From positions 6,882,001 through 6,946,000 of the forward strand of contig JAQFVV010000003.1 of NCBI GenBank assembly GCA_028023455.1: 64,000 bases of DNA, written 5' to 3'. The translations under genes were made by a program, and so were the position numbers. A model generated the notes under the pieces. That model made no database searches and was not told where the DNA came from. It was given only the letters and a program-made list of their open reading frames with translations. How positions within the stretch are numbered: position 1 is the stretch's first letter; each line of letters begins with the position of its first letter. Shown in pieces: positions 39,861 to 54,112 of this stretch. The DNA comes from Epiperipatus broadwayi. Its lineage: Eukaryota > Animalia > Onychophora.

Positions 39861-42199
39861 ATTTACATTGTAAGTAATATTTTTTAATGAGCACTTATTT
39901 ATAATAATCACCATTCAATAAATACATTCCCCAAGTAGTATGATTTAGTAATCAAGTAGCAGACTTTGGATCTCAAAATCTATTATTCACAGCCAACCAT
40001 CACTTCTGATGCTCAAACTGGATAAGCACTTAAATGTGATAGGATTATTCATCCAGGAAAATCCTTTTACTCTTTTTTATGCTGCCAAATTACCAACCTG
40101 AAATTCAAAAACTAATTAATGTTTTGAAGGCAAACCAACTTGATTCTCACTGACAAACACAATAAGCCAATATCAGTCTGGAGATAAAGAACAGTACTGG
40201 ATAGGATTTTAATTAGCACTATTATCTGGCTTCTAGTAATTATTCATGTTTACAATAAATGGAAGAACTGAAGAAATGTAAATAGTGTTTCTATTGAAAA
40301 ACATTATGTAAGATGGGGTCATGTGATGTTTTTAAAATTTTACTTTTAATATCATAGTACTCTTTTTATTTACTGATACTGTATAAATGCAAAAATAAAC
40401 CATGAGTTCAATTCATTATAAGCATGGGATATTCTCTACCAGTGGCATTGAATTCATATTTGTCAGAGCATTAAGGTTTATTTTACCAACTTAAATTAAT
40501 TTAGTACCCCTATCTTCTAGTGCTAATACTGAATGGTTAACTAAGTTATTAGCTACATGAAAAAAAATCCTAAGGTTACCGGAATACTGAAAAGTTTTCC
40601 ATGGCCTGGATTTAAAACTCATGTCAGGGGCATAACAAAAAAAAATACATTCATGCTGTATATTATGTGTATAAAACATGCATGTGCAGATAGAATAATA
40701 AGTTAATGAAATAATATAAAAAAACTTTAATAAAAGATTAAGAAAAACTTTACATTTTCTTATAATTCATAAATTATAATGCATTTCTATACATACAACC
40801 ACACCAAACTTACATACCTTTAAGACCCACAGGAGACACCTAATCCCACAGAAATTAAGATAACGTAGTGAGCTCACTTTTCAGTTTGAATACCTCATGT
40901 AAATGTTTTATTAGAAATTCATCTTAACATTTACTATTAAAGTAACAAAATTAATAACGAGAATCAAATAATTAAAAAAATAAAAAACAAAAGCCGAAAA
41001 CAATAAATCAAGAAAATGATATATTACTTCATCAGTATCACAGAAAGACATCCGCAAATTAAAGAAAATGTTTATTTTAGTATTTTAATTAAAATATACA
41101 TATTACATATAGATTCTTTATTATTATTATTATTTGAATATACTGCAGAAAAACGATAGAGAAAAATTAATAGAGATTTTATTACGGCTTCTGAGTATTC
41201 TGAATAGAAGAAATAAATAATAAATTTAAATATTGAATGTAAAGTAAATTATTTTTCTTATTTAAATAATGAAAAATAGACCTGTACAAACACACACACA
41301 TATATATACACATTACTACAGTTTGATCTACAATTTATAAATCAAATTTATTGCACTCATACATTTGATACCAGTCATTTTAAATAAGTACATTAATGAT
41401 TAGAAATATGACACTTTTAAATTAAATTATAGCAATTTCATATTAATAATACAAATGATGATGGCATGCGAGAGGTTATTTGGATCTAGTTCAACTAGAA
41501 ATAAATTTTGGGAAGTGGCGGGGAAGGGCATTTATCTTTTTCAGATGTATTTATTGTGTTTCAAGTCAATGTGATGGAATACAAATTTTAAATATACTGT
41601 ATATATATTCAAAGGAGTCTGTCAGATGCTGAACTCGTGCAATCACGAAGATTCCCAAGAGCTGGATAGTGAAATAAACAGCATCGATCCAAAAATATCT
41701 TCTGCTAGATATAAATATCTTATGAAAGATTAGATACTGTTTAGAATATAAATATTATTCTCATCATCTTCATCAGTTTATCAGCCAAAAATTGATTTTA
41801 TATACGAATCTAATTCGCCATTTGTTCAATTTTTAGTTATTTCCTCTTTTAAAATAAAATAAAAATATTCTCCTCATATTTCTATAATCCATTCTATTGT
41901 CTATCTTACATAATTTCTCTGTTTCTATTCACACCATCAGTTTATATCTCAAAGACTTTTATTTATGAGAAATAATGTTTACATACTTATAAAAGACAAA
42001 AAAAATTATGTTTTACACATCATCAATTGTCTGGGACCATTTGTATAATGATTATCTTCTGATAAATAATAGTAAACTGATGTAGCTTTACCATTCACCT
42101 ATCAGCATTGATGCAATTTGAATCTATTATTCATCTTTTGCTTAGCTACTACTAATTCGTTGGATCTGGTACATTAATTAACTTCCGCGCGTTTCATTA

Positions 42200-43919
42200 T
42201 ATAAGAATTTTGATGCAATGATAAAGTCTCTGTTTTTTACTTTCCTAATAGTGTTCATGAAAAGACTGACTGGTTCAGGGACAGGCACTGTGAACAATAG
42301 CCTACATCTAACATTTCATATAGCATGTACAATAAAGATGGAAAGTCTAATAATAGGAAACTGTTTAGTTTGTAAGGCTTCCCTTATAGACATGATTTTA
42401 TAGTAATTCACCTTTAAGTTTTGGTATATGGCTAAATTTATTTTACTGAGTCCAGGGCATGAGTAAATTATATGGTTGAATGACTCTTCTTGCCTTTTAC
42501 ATATTTGACAAAAATGGTCTATCTTATTGTAAAATCTTTTGAAATAAAGGAATTTATTTGTGGGCATGGCTTCTAAGTTTATTTTAATAATGAGATTAAG
42601 GTACTTAGGCTCAAGAGTGAGAAATTTAAAAATTGTTGTTAATTTGTAGTTAGTGATGCCAAGATTTGGAGTAAATGTGGGATAATTCGGATTAATTATA
42701 CTGTACACCTCCCAGATGATAATTTTTGATTTTTGTAATTTTTGATCTATAGTTAAATGCCGGTTAAGCATCCAGAGCAGTTTATCGAGCCAACACATTT
42801 TATTAGGCAGAGGGCTGTCTGTAGGCTGAATTGGTTCACTGAAAATTATTGATTCGTGTTTTTTCATCAGGTTAATAATTAATGTAAAAGATTTTTGAAA
42901 AATAATTGCATCAATGGAGTGGGAGGACATCCCATTGAATTTACAATGTACTTGCATTTTGGACATGCTAATTGATGTGGTGCTGTTCTTCCAGAAAAGC
43001 TTGGAGCATAAGCTATTAATCTTTTTGGAAAAGGCTTTTGAAATGTTAATGATCGGCAGATAGTATGCAATTCTTGACATGACTTTCATGTTAAGAAGTG
43101 CCACCTTTCCTTATAATGACAAATACACTTCCGAGAAAGTTTGAATTATTTTAGATGTAGAATCTATTAGAGTATTTTGTATCTGTCTTGACATTGAAGA
43201 TTGAGAAAGGTAAATAGGAAAGCCTAGAAATTATTGTGGCTTGTTGAGAAATCTTGAGATTATTGTTTTTCCTGAAAGAATTTTCCATGCAGAGGATTTC
43301 TTGGGGTTGAATTTAAGATGAGATGACAATGAGAAATTGTCACTTATTTGGTAAAGCTTTGGTAGGAATTTTTGGGATGGAAGGATAACCAAGATATCAT
43401 CCATATATGTGAATACCTTGAGCGATCTCTTAATTCTGGGTATGAATATTCCTGGGAAAGAATTTTCTATGTTTTTTTAGAAGTGGATTTAAATAACATA
43501 TGAACAGCAGGGTGCTTAGTGGAGAACCTTGTGGAATGGAAATATCAGGTTGGAAACCATTAGTATAGTATCCATTCAGTGTGATGTGAATTTGTCTATT
43601 GTTAAGCAGATTTTCTATGATCTGGATAATTTGAGAGGGGGTGTTGATTTCACTTAATAGAGCAAGAAGTTTGAGAATGTTGACAGAGTTGAATGCCTCT
43701 GATATGTCGAGTTGAATTGCAATAGGCTTGGACATTCGCTTGGATCTAACATAATCAAAAAGTGTCCTAACTTCACCAATTGCCATCAAAGGTGAAGATC
43801 CTTTCTTAGCATATTGGGACTGAACAATGTGGTCAAGAATCACCTGCTGTACTTTTTCCTTTATCACTCCTTCAATTACTTTGAACATAATGGGAGTCAT
43901 GGAGATAGGTCTTATGTTG
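42200..43919 (-). mobile_element. 5'-truncated L1/Tx1-like LINE (RT plus C-terminal CCHC)
   Basis: ORF 43430-43900 has QLDISEAFNSV and IPQGSPLSTLLF; a shifted frame gives YMDDILV (~43393-43410); ORF 42316-43104 ends with CQICKRQEESFNHIIYSCP. Confidence 0.88.
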
Positions 43920-44026
43920 TTGATATTGGTAGAGCAACATAAGACTTATCTCCATGACTCCCATTATACTCAAAGTAATTGAAGGAATGATAAAGGAAAA
44001 AGTACAGCAGGCAATTCTTGACCACA
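43828..44026. repeat. 92-bp inverted duplication at the LINE 5' truncation
   Basis: Arms 43828-43919 and 43935-44026 with a 15-nt spacer; about 6 mismatches, all transitions. Confidence 0.95.
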
Positions 44027-46649
44027 GTTTAGTTCATTTTTCTCTTTGTAATCTCAAAAAAAAATTTAATCTTTTAAATGATTTTATGTTTCTGATCTCT
44101 TTTAGACTTATCTTTACTGTATCTAGTCACATGACTTGTCCAGTTATTTTTTCCTCTGATCTTTTTTCAACTTATTCTTTTCATTTTTTTTTCTAAATCC
44201 ACATCTCAAAAGAGTACATACTTTATATGTAAATGTAATAAATGCTATAACCATAAAAAACAATAATAATAAATAAATATAGCTAATTAAAATGATTTTT
44301 ACAATTTTTAAAAACAAGTCTCCTCAGAAATGTATATTATAGGTGTTAAAACAATACTGATTTGCAGAGTTCTTGATTATATATTCATTTTATGTTATTT
44401 CACATCTAAGATGGGTGTTTAAACTTAAAAATACTTCAAAAATTATTAGAAAAATTTAAAAGTGTAAATATATTATCTTTAAATAATACTATAATTAAAG
44501 TAAAATGTGTTACGCAATATGGAAATGTTTGTAACATGTGTAACAAATTTGTTTAATAAATCATAATTAAACATGTATATATTTTACCAGAAAAATGTAA
44601 AAAGAATGTTTTCAGGCACTTTCCCTTTACATTGTATAAAATACCTAGGCATTTTAATTAAAAAATGACAAATAGTTTTTTGACAAAGTATGAAAAAGGC
44701 TTTTATTGAAATGATACATGTGGAAATGTAAGAAATATAAAATATGGAATTTTTTACATTTAACCTACATCATAAAATAATAGAACAAAAGAAACTATAA
44801 AAAATGTTTTTTTTTTATTGTTAAATAATAAGCTTTTACCAAGATGTTGAATTTCTAATATTACAATGGAATTTCACTTTCTTAATTTCAAGTATGGTAT
44901 GATTATTATTTCTTACTAAAAGGCCCTCTGGTAAAAAACAACCATAACATTAGCACATGATGATGGTGGTTAAATTTTGAATTTTATCTAATATCAAACA
45001 ATCCAGAAAAAAAATAATGGCATTTTTACACCTTTACTTTTAAAGTTAAGCATCAGGAGTGAAGAATTTTAAAATCTTATAAATCTTCAAGAATGTAAAT
45101 AATTTCTCGATAATCATCTTTTCATTCGTCATTAACTAACTATAAGATGCATACTAAAGATTTATTAACAATTTCAATTATTAATTTTATTAATTATGTG
45201 TTAAATATATTTTATTTAATGTTATATCTTGTCTTTGCAACACTGTTTTATTGCTGGGAGTATTTTATATTTTGCTGATTTTTCTTTTGACATTTTATAG
45301 AATACTTAAGAAATATGTAAAATTCTAAATAGATCATATTTGAAATGTCCCACTTTTGCACTTTATAGATTGCCTGAGCATTCTATACAGTGCCAGTTTT
45401 TACATTTTTCTAGTATATATTATATCCAAATTTATTAAATATATATATATATATATATTGTAACCTTATATTTTGGAATAATATATATAGCTTGGTGGAA
45501 CTGATTTAAAATTTCTCTATCTTCTGCTATGTGACATAATTACCATAATTAGCATTTTGTGTATATTTGATACTTGTATTCAAGTTGACTCAATGATAAA
45601 ATTATGTAATTTCATTTTTTGCTTGCTTTTTTTCTTGTATTGGTTTTGCTTTTTTCCAATCACTGAGTTGAGCAAGCTGTGTTTAACCTGCAAATCTAAT
45701 AGCATATTATATCAAATTCAGTAAGATATAAGTAATAATAATAATCATTATTTGTTTTCCCTTTAACTAATCCTAAAATTAACTTTAGTTTAATTAAGAT
45801 TTATTTAATTATCTTGAATTAGTCAATAGAATACAATAAACACACCCCCCCCCATTATTAACAGAAATATGTAAATGAGGATAAATGTAATTGGATAAAA
45901 AGGAAAGAGAATGTTCAGATATTTTTTTTTACTAACTGGGATAGACAATATGTATGTATAAAAAAAAATTCCGCTGTTAAACATATAATGAATGTAAAAG
46001 CTATTCTTTAAAATTGGAGAACAAAGAAAAAAATTAAACTAAAATTTTCTTATAGAATTCAAATTTGGGGTGTTACTATGGGCTAATAACAATATAAGTA
46101 GCTAAATTTAAAAGTTTGAGCCTTCTAGCCAAGAATCTAACTGCTGATTATCTTCCAAAATGTCTATAATTGAAATGTACTGATATTATCAACTGTGACA
46201 ATGGGAATAACAGTCTTTAAAGGTCAGTCAACCTAGAAATATTCTTTATTGTTTGCAGACTATATTAACCTTGAATATTATGTTCTATTTTATAATTTTA
46301 AATTATATAGTTCTACCATATATGTGCAGAGCAGAATGTTATAATAACATTTTTTTTTTTTTTTTGCGTACCAGTGTTGGAACAGTAAAGATTTAGTTAT
46401 ATTCCATTTTGAACTTATGTTGGAGATATTATTTTTGCTATGTGAGTTATCATCTTACTGTTAAAAATAATAATATAGTTGTTGAAAGAAAATAACAACT
46501 AACCAGACAATTATTTTATCGCTGTCATGGCAATCATGTGATAATTATCTGTTTGGACAATCATTCCTAGTCTTTGATACTGACTAAATAAATTGAAAGT
46601 AATGAAATATTTTAATTTTGGAGTAATGTCTAAATAGAAGTAAGAAGTT

Positions 46650-47300
46650 TATTAACTTTTGAGGCATACTCTAATTATAAATAATGAAATTGGTTAGTGT
46701 GGAAGGATGCTCTATATTTGTGTGACAGTATATTAAAAAAAAGGATCAGCCTCAAACATTCATAAGGAGATTATTTAGACAGAGTTGATATATCACACAT
46801 TAGAGCATTATACACATCCTATTTTTTATAAATATCCCACATATTCAGACAGCCTACATGTGAAACAATTTATAAATATGATAGATGAAAATGAAAAGTA
46901 ATATAGAGACTTTGTACTACTGTTTTTTTTACACTTCCAGAATATAATATTTGAAATACAGGCATTCTTAATATACCTAGAGCTTAATTGTAAATATAGG
47001 GGATTTGAACACAAACTTTCAATGGTATGAATGGCTGAAGAGTTGGAGTAGATTGAATCCTGTCCATTAAAGTATGAAGATTTGCTATTTTAATATAAAT
47101 TGAGCACTGATTATATATACATGTGGGAGATGATGATCTGGACCAACTAAGGAGTGCTGGTTCAGCACAAAATACATATATTGGTGATTACTGATCTTTT
47201 CTACATGTGTGTGATATATGTATCAGTGTATGAGATAGTTTGGATAGTTGAAGGGTTCTTGTAAGTCTGTGTTCAAATCCCTATGTTTACTTCCAGAATA
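46650..47300. mobile_element. Penelope-like element remnant with internal inversion
   Basis: Plus-strand GIY-YIG-like fragments (CSVEGC, PELNCK) end at ~47017. The continuing sequence is on the minus strand (47300 to 47018), with a duplicated gtaaa-ataggg-atttgaacaca-actt segment. Confidence 0.45.
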
Positions 47301-47859
47301 TATTTTATGAGAAAAGCTATTTTCATAGCAGATAACTAGGTTAATAAAATTCATTTATAGAAATGATGTTTAACTAATATTATATCTACAAATCTATTAT
47401 ACCATAAAATTACAGCATATTGGAAAGTAATAATGTATATATTTTAAAAATTTATGTGATAATTTCCTGGGTATCTTAATTTATCTTCTTTAAAAAGAAA
47501 AAGCTCTACAAAATTATATCAAATCAATATTCTAAAATTTTAAATGTAATGGCATGACAGCATCATATTAATTTTTTTATATATAAAAAGCAGTGTGTAA
47601 ACAAATCCCCTCAAGGTCACAGCACCATATTGCCTAGATACCTCAATTTTCAGAGTAATAAACTGCTATAGAATATTACTTTATTTATTTCACAGTTTTT
47701 TTTAATAAAAAATAATTAAGAAAAGGAAAGATATCAGTTGATGTAATTCTAATTTATACAGCAATTTTTTTCATGATGTATGTAATTGGTTTGACTAGAG
47801 CAAGGTGGGAACCAAAAATAATAACTTATATAGAAAAGTTAGATTTGCTATGCTTAAAA

Positions 47860-48128
47860 ATAAAACAAACTCCTTTTTAAAACTTGCTTTTTATATGACT
47901 ATAATGATGAAAAAGAAATCCAACATTTCGACTATTTCATATAGTTTTTTTCAAGGTACACTAAAATAAAATATATATAATAATAAACATCACATATTCC
48001 AAAAAATAAATAAATAAATAAAAATATTAAATTAAAAATTACAAATTTATTCATAACCAAAAATTTACCTTATCTCCCACTCCCCTTTTCTATTACAAAC
48101 AATCAGAACCTAAACACAAACATTTTTT

Positions 48129-48164
<36 letters not shown>

Positions 48165-48575
48165 CGGGGCGGCCCCCCCCGCGACAACACAAACATTTTA
48201 TTTCTTCTTTTTTTTTAAAAAAAAAAAAAAACTATATATATCCTTTAAAACATTTAATTAAAAACCTGTTATTTTCTTTTCTCTTTTTCTATTAACATCC
48301 TATTTAATTCTGGTTGTGATGTAATAGAAAAGGGGAGTGGGAGATAAGGTAAATTTTTGGTTATGAATATATTTTATAATTTTTAATTTAATATTTTTAT
48401 TTTTTTTACTATTTTTGGGGGGAATATCTGATGTTTATTATTATATATATATTATTTTATTTTAGTGTACCTTGAAAAAGACTATATGAAATAGTCGAAA
48501 CATTGGATTTCTTTTTCATCATTATAGTCATATAAAAAGCAAGTTTTAAAAAGAAGGAGTTTATTTGTTTTATTT
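47860..48575. repeat. Fold-back/MITE-like element with ~235-bp inverted arms and a poly-C spacer
   Basis: 47860-48097 is the reverse complement of 48321-48575 at high identity; the spacer contains C32 (48130-48161). Confidence 0.9.
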
Positions 48576-51500
48576 CTATATTGGATATTTATGAACTATT
48601 TTGGAAAGAAGAATTGTGTGATTGATATAAAATATGCTTAAAACATTAGCACCACATTTTCCAACTTTTAATTCGACTTCTTTGAAGAAAAAAAAGGATA
48701 GACCTTAGAGCTTTAAAAATCTTATATATAAATAGTTAAATAACTACAATTTAATCTACAAGTGACAAATTTCTTTGATAACATTCTCTTTTAAATAAAT
48801 ATATTAATGATTATTATCTAATTATTTAAAAGGCTAGATATTATTTTATCATTTTTAGCAAATATAGACTCTAAACTTCATTAAAGATTAATGTATCTAT
48901 TCTTATTAAATAGGATATCATTTATTAAGTCAACTCCATCTTTTTTGATATACTTAAAACTTCTATTTTTCCAATACACTTCAAATACAATAATCTCTAG
49001 CCTTATAAATGATGACTTAACAATCATTAATGTATTTATCTAAAAGAGAATATTCTCAGTGAAATTTGACTTTTATAGAATAAATTGGGAATTTTGCTAT
49101 TGATAAATATTGAATGAAGTTGAATAAGACATGAGAGATTTTGACCTGGAACAATTAAAAAGGATTGGTTTATCTAGAAAAATATCTTGAACAACATTTA
49201 CTTCTTTTTTTTATTCTTTTGTTCATTTATTTTGTATGTTTAAATGTGGGTGGTGGTATATTTAATAATTATAGACATATCTTTTTATAAATAAAATTCA
49301 AAATTTTATTTTGCCCATTTGAACTTGTTCATAGACTCATTCAAATACACACATGCACATATATATATGCTTGCATGCTAAATGTATAGATGATTAATTC
49401 TACAATGATTGTTTTAAAAAAAGCATTTTGAAAATACTGGATTCAAATAAGAAATACTCTTAAAAATGAAAATTGCACTTCAGTCTGTGATATTAGAGAA
49501 AATTCATAAAACAAAATATTTTTAAAGCGTTATAATTTTCAAGTTTAGATCTGTGGTTTTCAAAAACTTATCCACACTAGATTAAATATTATTACACTAC
49601 AAATCTATTTCTTTCTTTGATTACTTATATATATATATATATATTACAGTTTAACACATACTGTATTAAAAATATGACAAGTAATAAGAAACTTCATCAA
49701 TGATGATCAAGTATTACCACTTTCATGTTATAACCTATAGTTTAACTAACTCAACCGATCTTCAGGCAGAGACTTTAATATGCATATATTGCATAATATA
49801 TTATTTAAAAAAACAACAACTTAAATTTAAACATTATATGTATATAACTAATTACAGTTAATCTAATAAAAAAATCTTCAGGCAGAGAATTTTATACATA
49901 TACATAGTATTATTTCTGAAAGCTTCCATGTAATAAAAATATAATAGCTTAGAACTCTGAGGAAATACTTGTTATTGTACTGAAACATCAGCTATTTAGC
50001 ATTATGAATTCATTTATCCATGAGAATATTTAATTTTAGATATAGTTCTCTGCCTGAAGAAAGTCTGAGTTAACTAGATAACAGAATGCAGCAACCAAGA
50101 AATACTACTTCATCATTGTTTTTGGTAATTTGTCATTACCTATCAACCTCTTGGTCCATTTATTATAATATAACAAATTTAAAGCTGAAACATAAATATA
50201 AGTTCTGTACTTCAATAACACATATATTAAATTAAGCAAAAACTATATTTAACAATAAGCAAATTATACAATATATATCATGCACATATATGTACATATA
50301 TACTATTTCTATGTATATTATCTTAAAGTGTAAATTTAATTTTAGTTATGATTATTGCAAGAAGAGAGAAAAAGATCAAAACGTTAAAGAAAATATGGCT
50401 ATGATACAATAAAGGACTTACCTTTAGACTAATGATTGACTAACTATATGTATATAACTTAAAAGCAATAAGTTCAATGCTTGTATTAGTAATAACTAAA
50501 TCAATGTTTAAATATGACTGCAGTTAATAAATGCTATCACATGAGACTTTTAACAATTTCATCAAATTATTTTTATACTTGAGCTTTTAATTAAACTCAT
50601 TAATTAGGATGGTAATCTAAACTGTGTTCCAATCATATTAATTGACCTAATAACATTATAACCTTGGTTTAATAAGAAATCATTAACAACGTGATCTAAT
50701 GTTTTAGTTCTTCAAAACTTTGAGAGTAAATAATATAAATATTATTCAGTTACAATATAAAGTTTAATTTAAACTTTATTACTGATTAGACAATAATTGT
50801 GGGCAAATGTATATGTAAATAATTTATATATCTTGAGATATATTTAATTTATGTTTTGTATATATAAATATATCTATATCAAATATCTTGATTATGTGTC
50901 TAAATTTTTAAAATATAGCATTTTTTAATTAAGCATATTATAAATGTTGCCTAATCGAAGTCAGATTGAGGTAACTAGGCAACAAAATATTACAATCAAG
51001 TTTTAACACTTTAAGATTATTGACTTTAGAAACAGTACTTCATTTTATTTACTTTGCTCCAGAATCGTTAATTGTAAACTTGAGTAATCAGAAAATAAAA
51101 GGCAGAACTATATTGACACATCCATTTCATACAATTTAGATTGCAATTAATTAAAAATTCAAATAAAAATAAAAAATTTGGTTGAAATCAGGATTGGATT
51201 CAGCACTACAATCTAATGTTCTCAAGTTTACCACAGGTGGTTCTGTAATAAAATAGCAATGAATAACTGCTTCTTAAAAAATAAGTTGACTATAAGCAGA
51301 GAAAGTCTCCTGATATTTACTTTAATATTATTTATTATAGTTTGCTCTTGCTTGTCATAATTAAACTTAAGAATTTCTACTAAATTATACATTATTTAAA
51401 ATTTTTTATATATTCATTGCATTATCAGCAGTTTTATTGTGTCTTTATTTCCTTTTTTAAAAGTGTTTTATTATAATATATTGCATAAAACATTTCAAAA

Positions 51501-52093
51501 AAATAGATACTTTTGTTGTAAATGAATTGCATTTTTAAAAAAGTAAAAAATACAATTCATTTCAAAGAAAATTAAAGAAAACAATGTAATACTAATCTGG
51601 TGCTGATTATATAAATTTTAAGCCTTGAAGTTTATAGTTTAGAAATATATAATTTCTTAATACGTTTCTCATCAATAGTTGTCACATCATTTTTTTTTTA
51701 TTTTTATACTCACTGCATCAAAACTTATCTAATCAGGCCAGATCAACTTAGGACACTTTCCATCTAATAATATTTATCTTCCAATTTTTAAATAATAAAA
51801 CTTATACCCCTCATGTATCTGCTAATTTGAAATAGCACCTAATAATTCATTGCCCATATTGTAGTCTTCAAAAGTGAAAATAAAATGGTAAAATCCTTTT
51901 TTCATTAGATTTTAAAGGCTGTGAATATTAAAATATTTAATTAAATGCACAAAGCCTTTGAAAAGTTTAAATTCTGATTATTATGTTTTCTTATTATTGC
52001 TCTTTCTATTGAGGAAATACTACTATTCTTATGTAAAATATGAAATATTGGAAACAGATAAAAATTACAGATTCAAAATTACTAACTAGTCAA

Positions 52094-52165
52094 GTACTGG
52101 GGGCCAAGTGGTTAGCACAGCCGCCTTACAAGCAGTTGTCCTGGGTTTGCTTCCTGGCCAACGCT
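52094..52165 (+). pseudogene. tRNA-Gly(TCC)-derived pseudogene
   Basis: ..GTGGTTAGCACAGCCGCCTTACAAGCAGTTGTCCTGGGTTTGCTTCCTGGCCAACGC aligns with tRNA-Gly-TCC; the anticodon is mutated to TAC and the stems are broken. Confidence 0.8.
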
Positions 52166-52972
52166 TTGACATATGGGGAAAAAATTACTAACTTTGTTTA
52201 TGGACGTTTTTGTAATAAGAGAATTGTCCATATTGCATAAAACAAAAATACCAAATGAATTTCCAAAAAACTAATAAAAATACTGATGTTTTCTGTCCAG
52301 GAAGTAAATTATAAATATTTGTTATCTGCACAGAATAAAATAAGTAATATTTGTGTTCAATATAATAATGTTTTAATATCTTCACTTGGAAAGACAACAA
52401 AAGAAAACTAATGTAAATGATTTTTTTAAATATTTCAATCACAGATAAACTTAGAAATTTTATTTTTCATGTTGTATTGTAATTATATTCATGGATTTAT
52501 TATATTTAAATATGTAACTTTATTTATTGTGCTTTGTAAAATATGTATAAAAGGTTTTCCATGAAAAGAGATTTTAATTCTGAAATACATTTTAAAACTT
52601 TATTATTATTGTATAATACAGAATGAAAGCTATTGTTACACATTTTGTTATTAAAATTTCAGGTTTGAGAAAATTATTAATGCTAATTTTAAAAATGCTA
52701 TTTTAAAATCTATTTGGATTATTATTATTATTAATAATACCTTTTTAAAAAATTAACAATAAAACTTAAACTGGATATATTCAAAAGGTTATGAACAATT
52801 TAATGGTTTATATAATTACATCATCAAATCTTAATGAATACTTTTTTCAATGTTCAATTTTATCATTTAAACAAACAGTTACAAAGAACTCATCAAAAGC
52901 AACTAAATAAATTTAAATATAAATTAGTAATATATATATAAATTAAATATCATCTACTGCTATACTAGTAGT

Positions 52973-53297
52973 TATAAATAAAATAGAAAATAATATATCA
53001 TTACAATACTATCCAAAACAATAATATTGTACTCAAATTCTTCCACAACCATGGTTTCATTTATTAACAAATAGACTTTTTCAAGTGAAATTAAAGAAGT
53101 TGGTTTTGAATTGAATGATGGGGGTGCTATTTTGTTTTCTCTCTCTCTCTATATATATATGTTTTGTGTAACTTGTTTAATTTCACTTGAAATTATCTAT
53201 TTGTTAATAGATGAAATGGTGGTTGTGGAAGAATTTTAGTAAAATTTGGTTGTTTTGGCTAGTATTGTAATGATATATAATTTTCTATTTTATATAT
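52973..53297. repeat. Diverged inverted repeat (~125-bp arms)
   Basis: 52973-53101 versus 53170-53297 (ttcttccacaacc/ggttgtggaagaa, tcaagtgaaattaaa/tttaatttcacttga); the spacer has a (CT)n(TA)n run. Confidence 0.85.
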
Positions 53298-54112
53298 AAA
53301 TGTGACTAAGACAATAGCAATATTTTGATTCAAATAAATAGGTGAATAATATGTTATTATATACCGATAAATTTGAATATGAACTGACATGAAAATACTG
53401 TGAGATTGTTTCTTCCTAATTTCTACTAGGGCTTAAATTTTATACTGAGCATGGCAAAATAATTTGAATAGTAAACTTGTTTATTAGTACAGATTTATTC
53501 TGATATGGAGAATCATCTTACCTTTCTAAGTATACTGTAAATTCATTATGGTATATTAATTTAATATTTTTTAAGAATTATCTTATCTACTTCTTTTCTT
53601 ATTTGAAGAATTACATTGCCACAAAGTAACAAACAGAAAATAAGCACACTTGTAAATTAAGTAAATCTTATTTTTGACAGAAAGTAGCAATCAGAAAACA
53701 AGAACAATAGTGTATTGGGCAGTTTACTCTTATATGTTATGACATTGTTGACTTTTTTTTTAGGAATGTTATTTGTAAGATGTATCAAAGTAAAAATTTT
53801 CCCATCATTATATATTGAACCAAGATTTTATTCAGATTTAAATATTCTGTATTCCAAATCCCAGTATAGCTTTATTATAGTCAACCAATATATTTTGTAT
53901 AATTGCTTTGTATAAAAAAGATAAGCTTAGTCAAATGAAAAAATTTGTCTTACAAACATTACATGATCACCATTTCTTATGCTTGCTCATAACTATTCTT
54001 AAAACAGGCAAAACTCTCCATATAGTAGTGCCGCTAAGTGCAAGCAAGAGTAATCAATGGATGCCAGAAGGCTTGTGCATAAAATCCCTATCTAGTATCT
54101 ACTCATCCAATA

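Noticed and set aside
45459-45950. Possible solo LTR starting TGTAACC after (TA)n
   Set aside because: No second copy in the window and no convincing inverted terminus.
47030-47075. CTGAAGA...GAA motif resembling a hammerhead (also the reverse complement near 36930-36970)
   Set aside because: Stem I cannot be paired and GAAA is mutated in both copies; too degenerate to call.
49720-50090. Three copies of CTCTGCCTGAAGA (two minus, one plus), possible PLE hammerhead relics
   Set aside because: Only the 5' half of a core is present; no GAAA, cleavage triplet or stem I partner.
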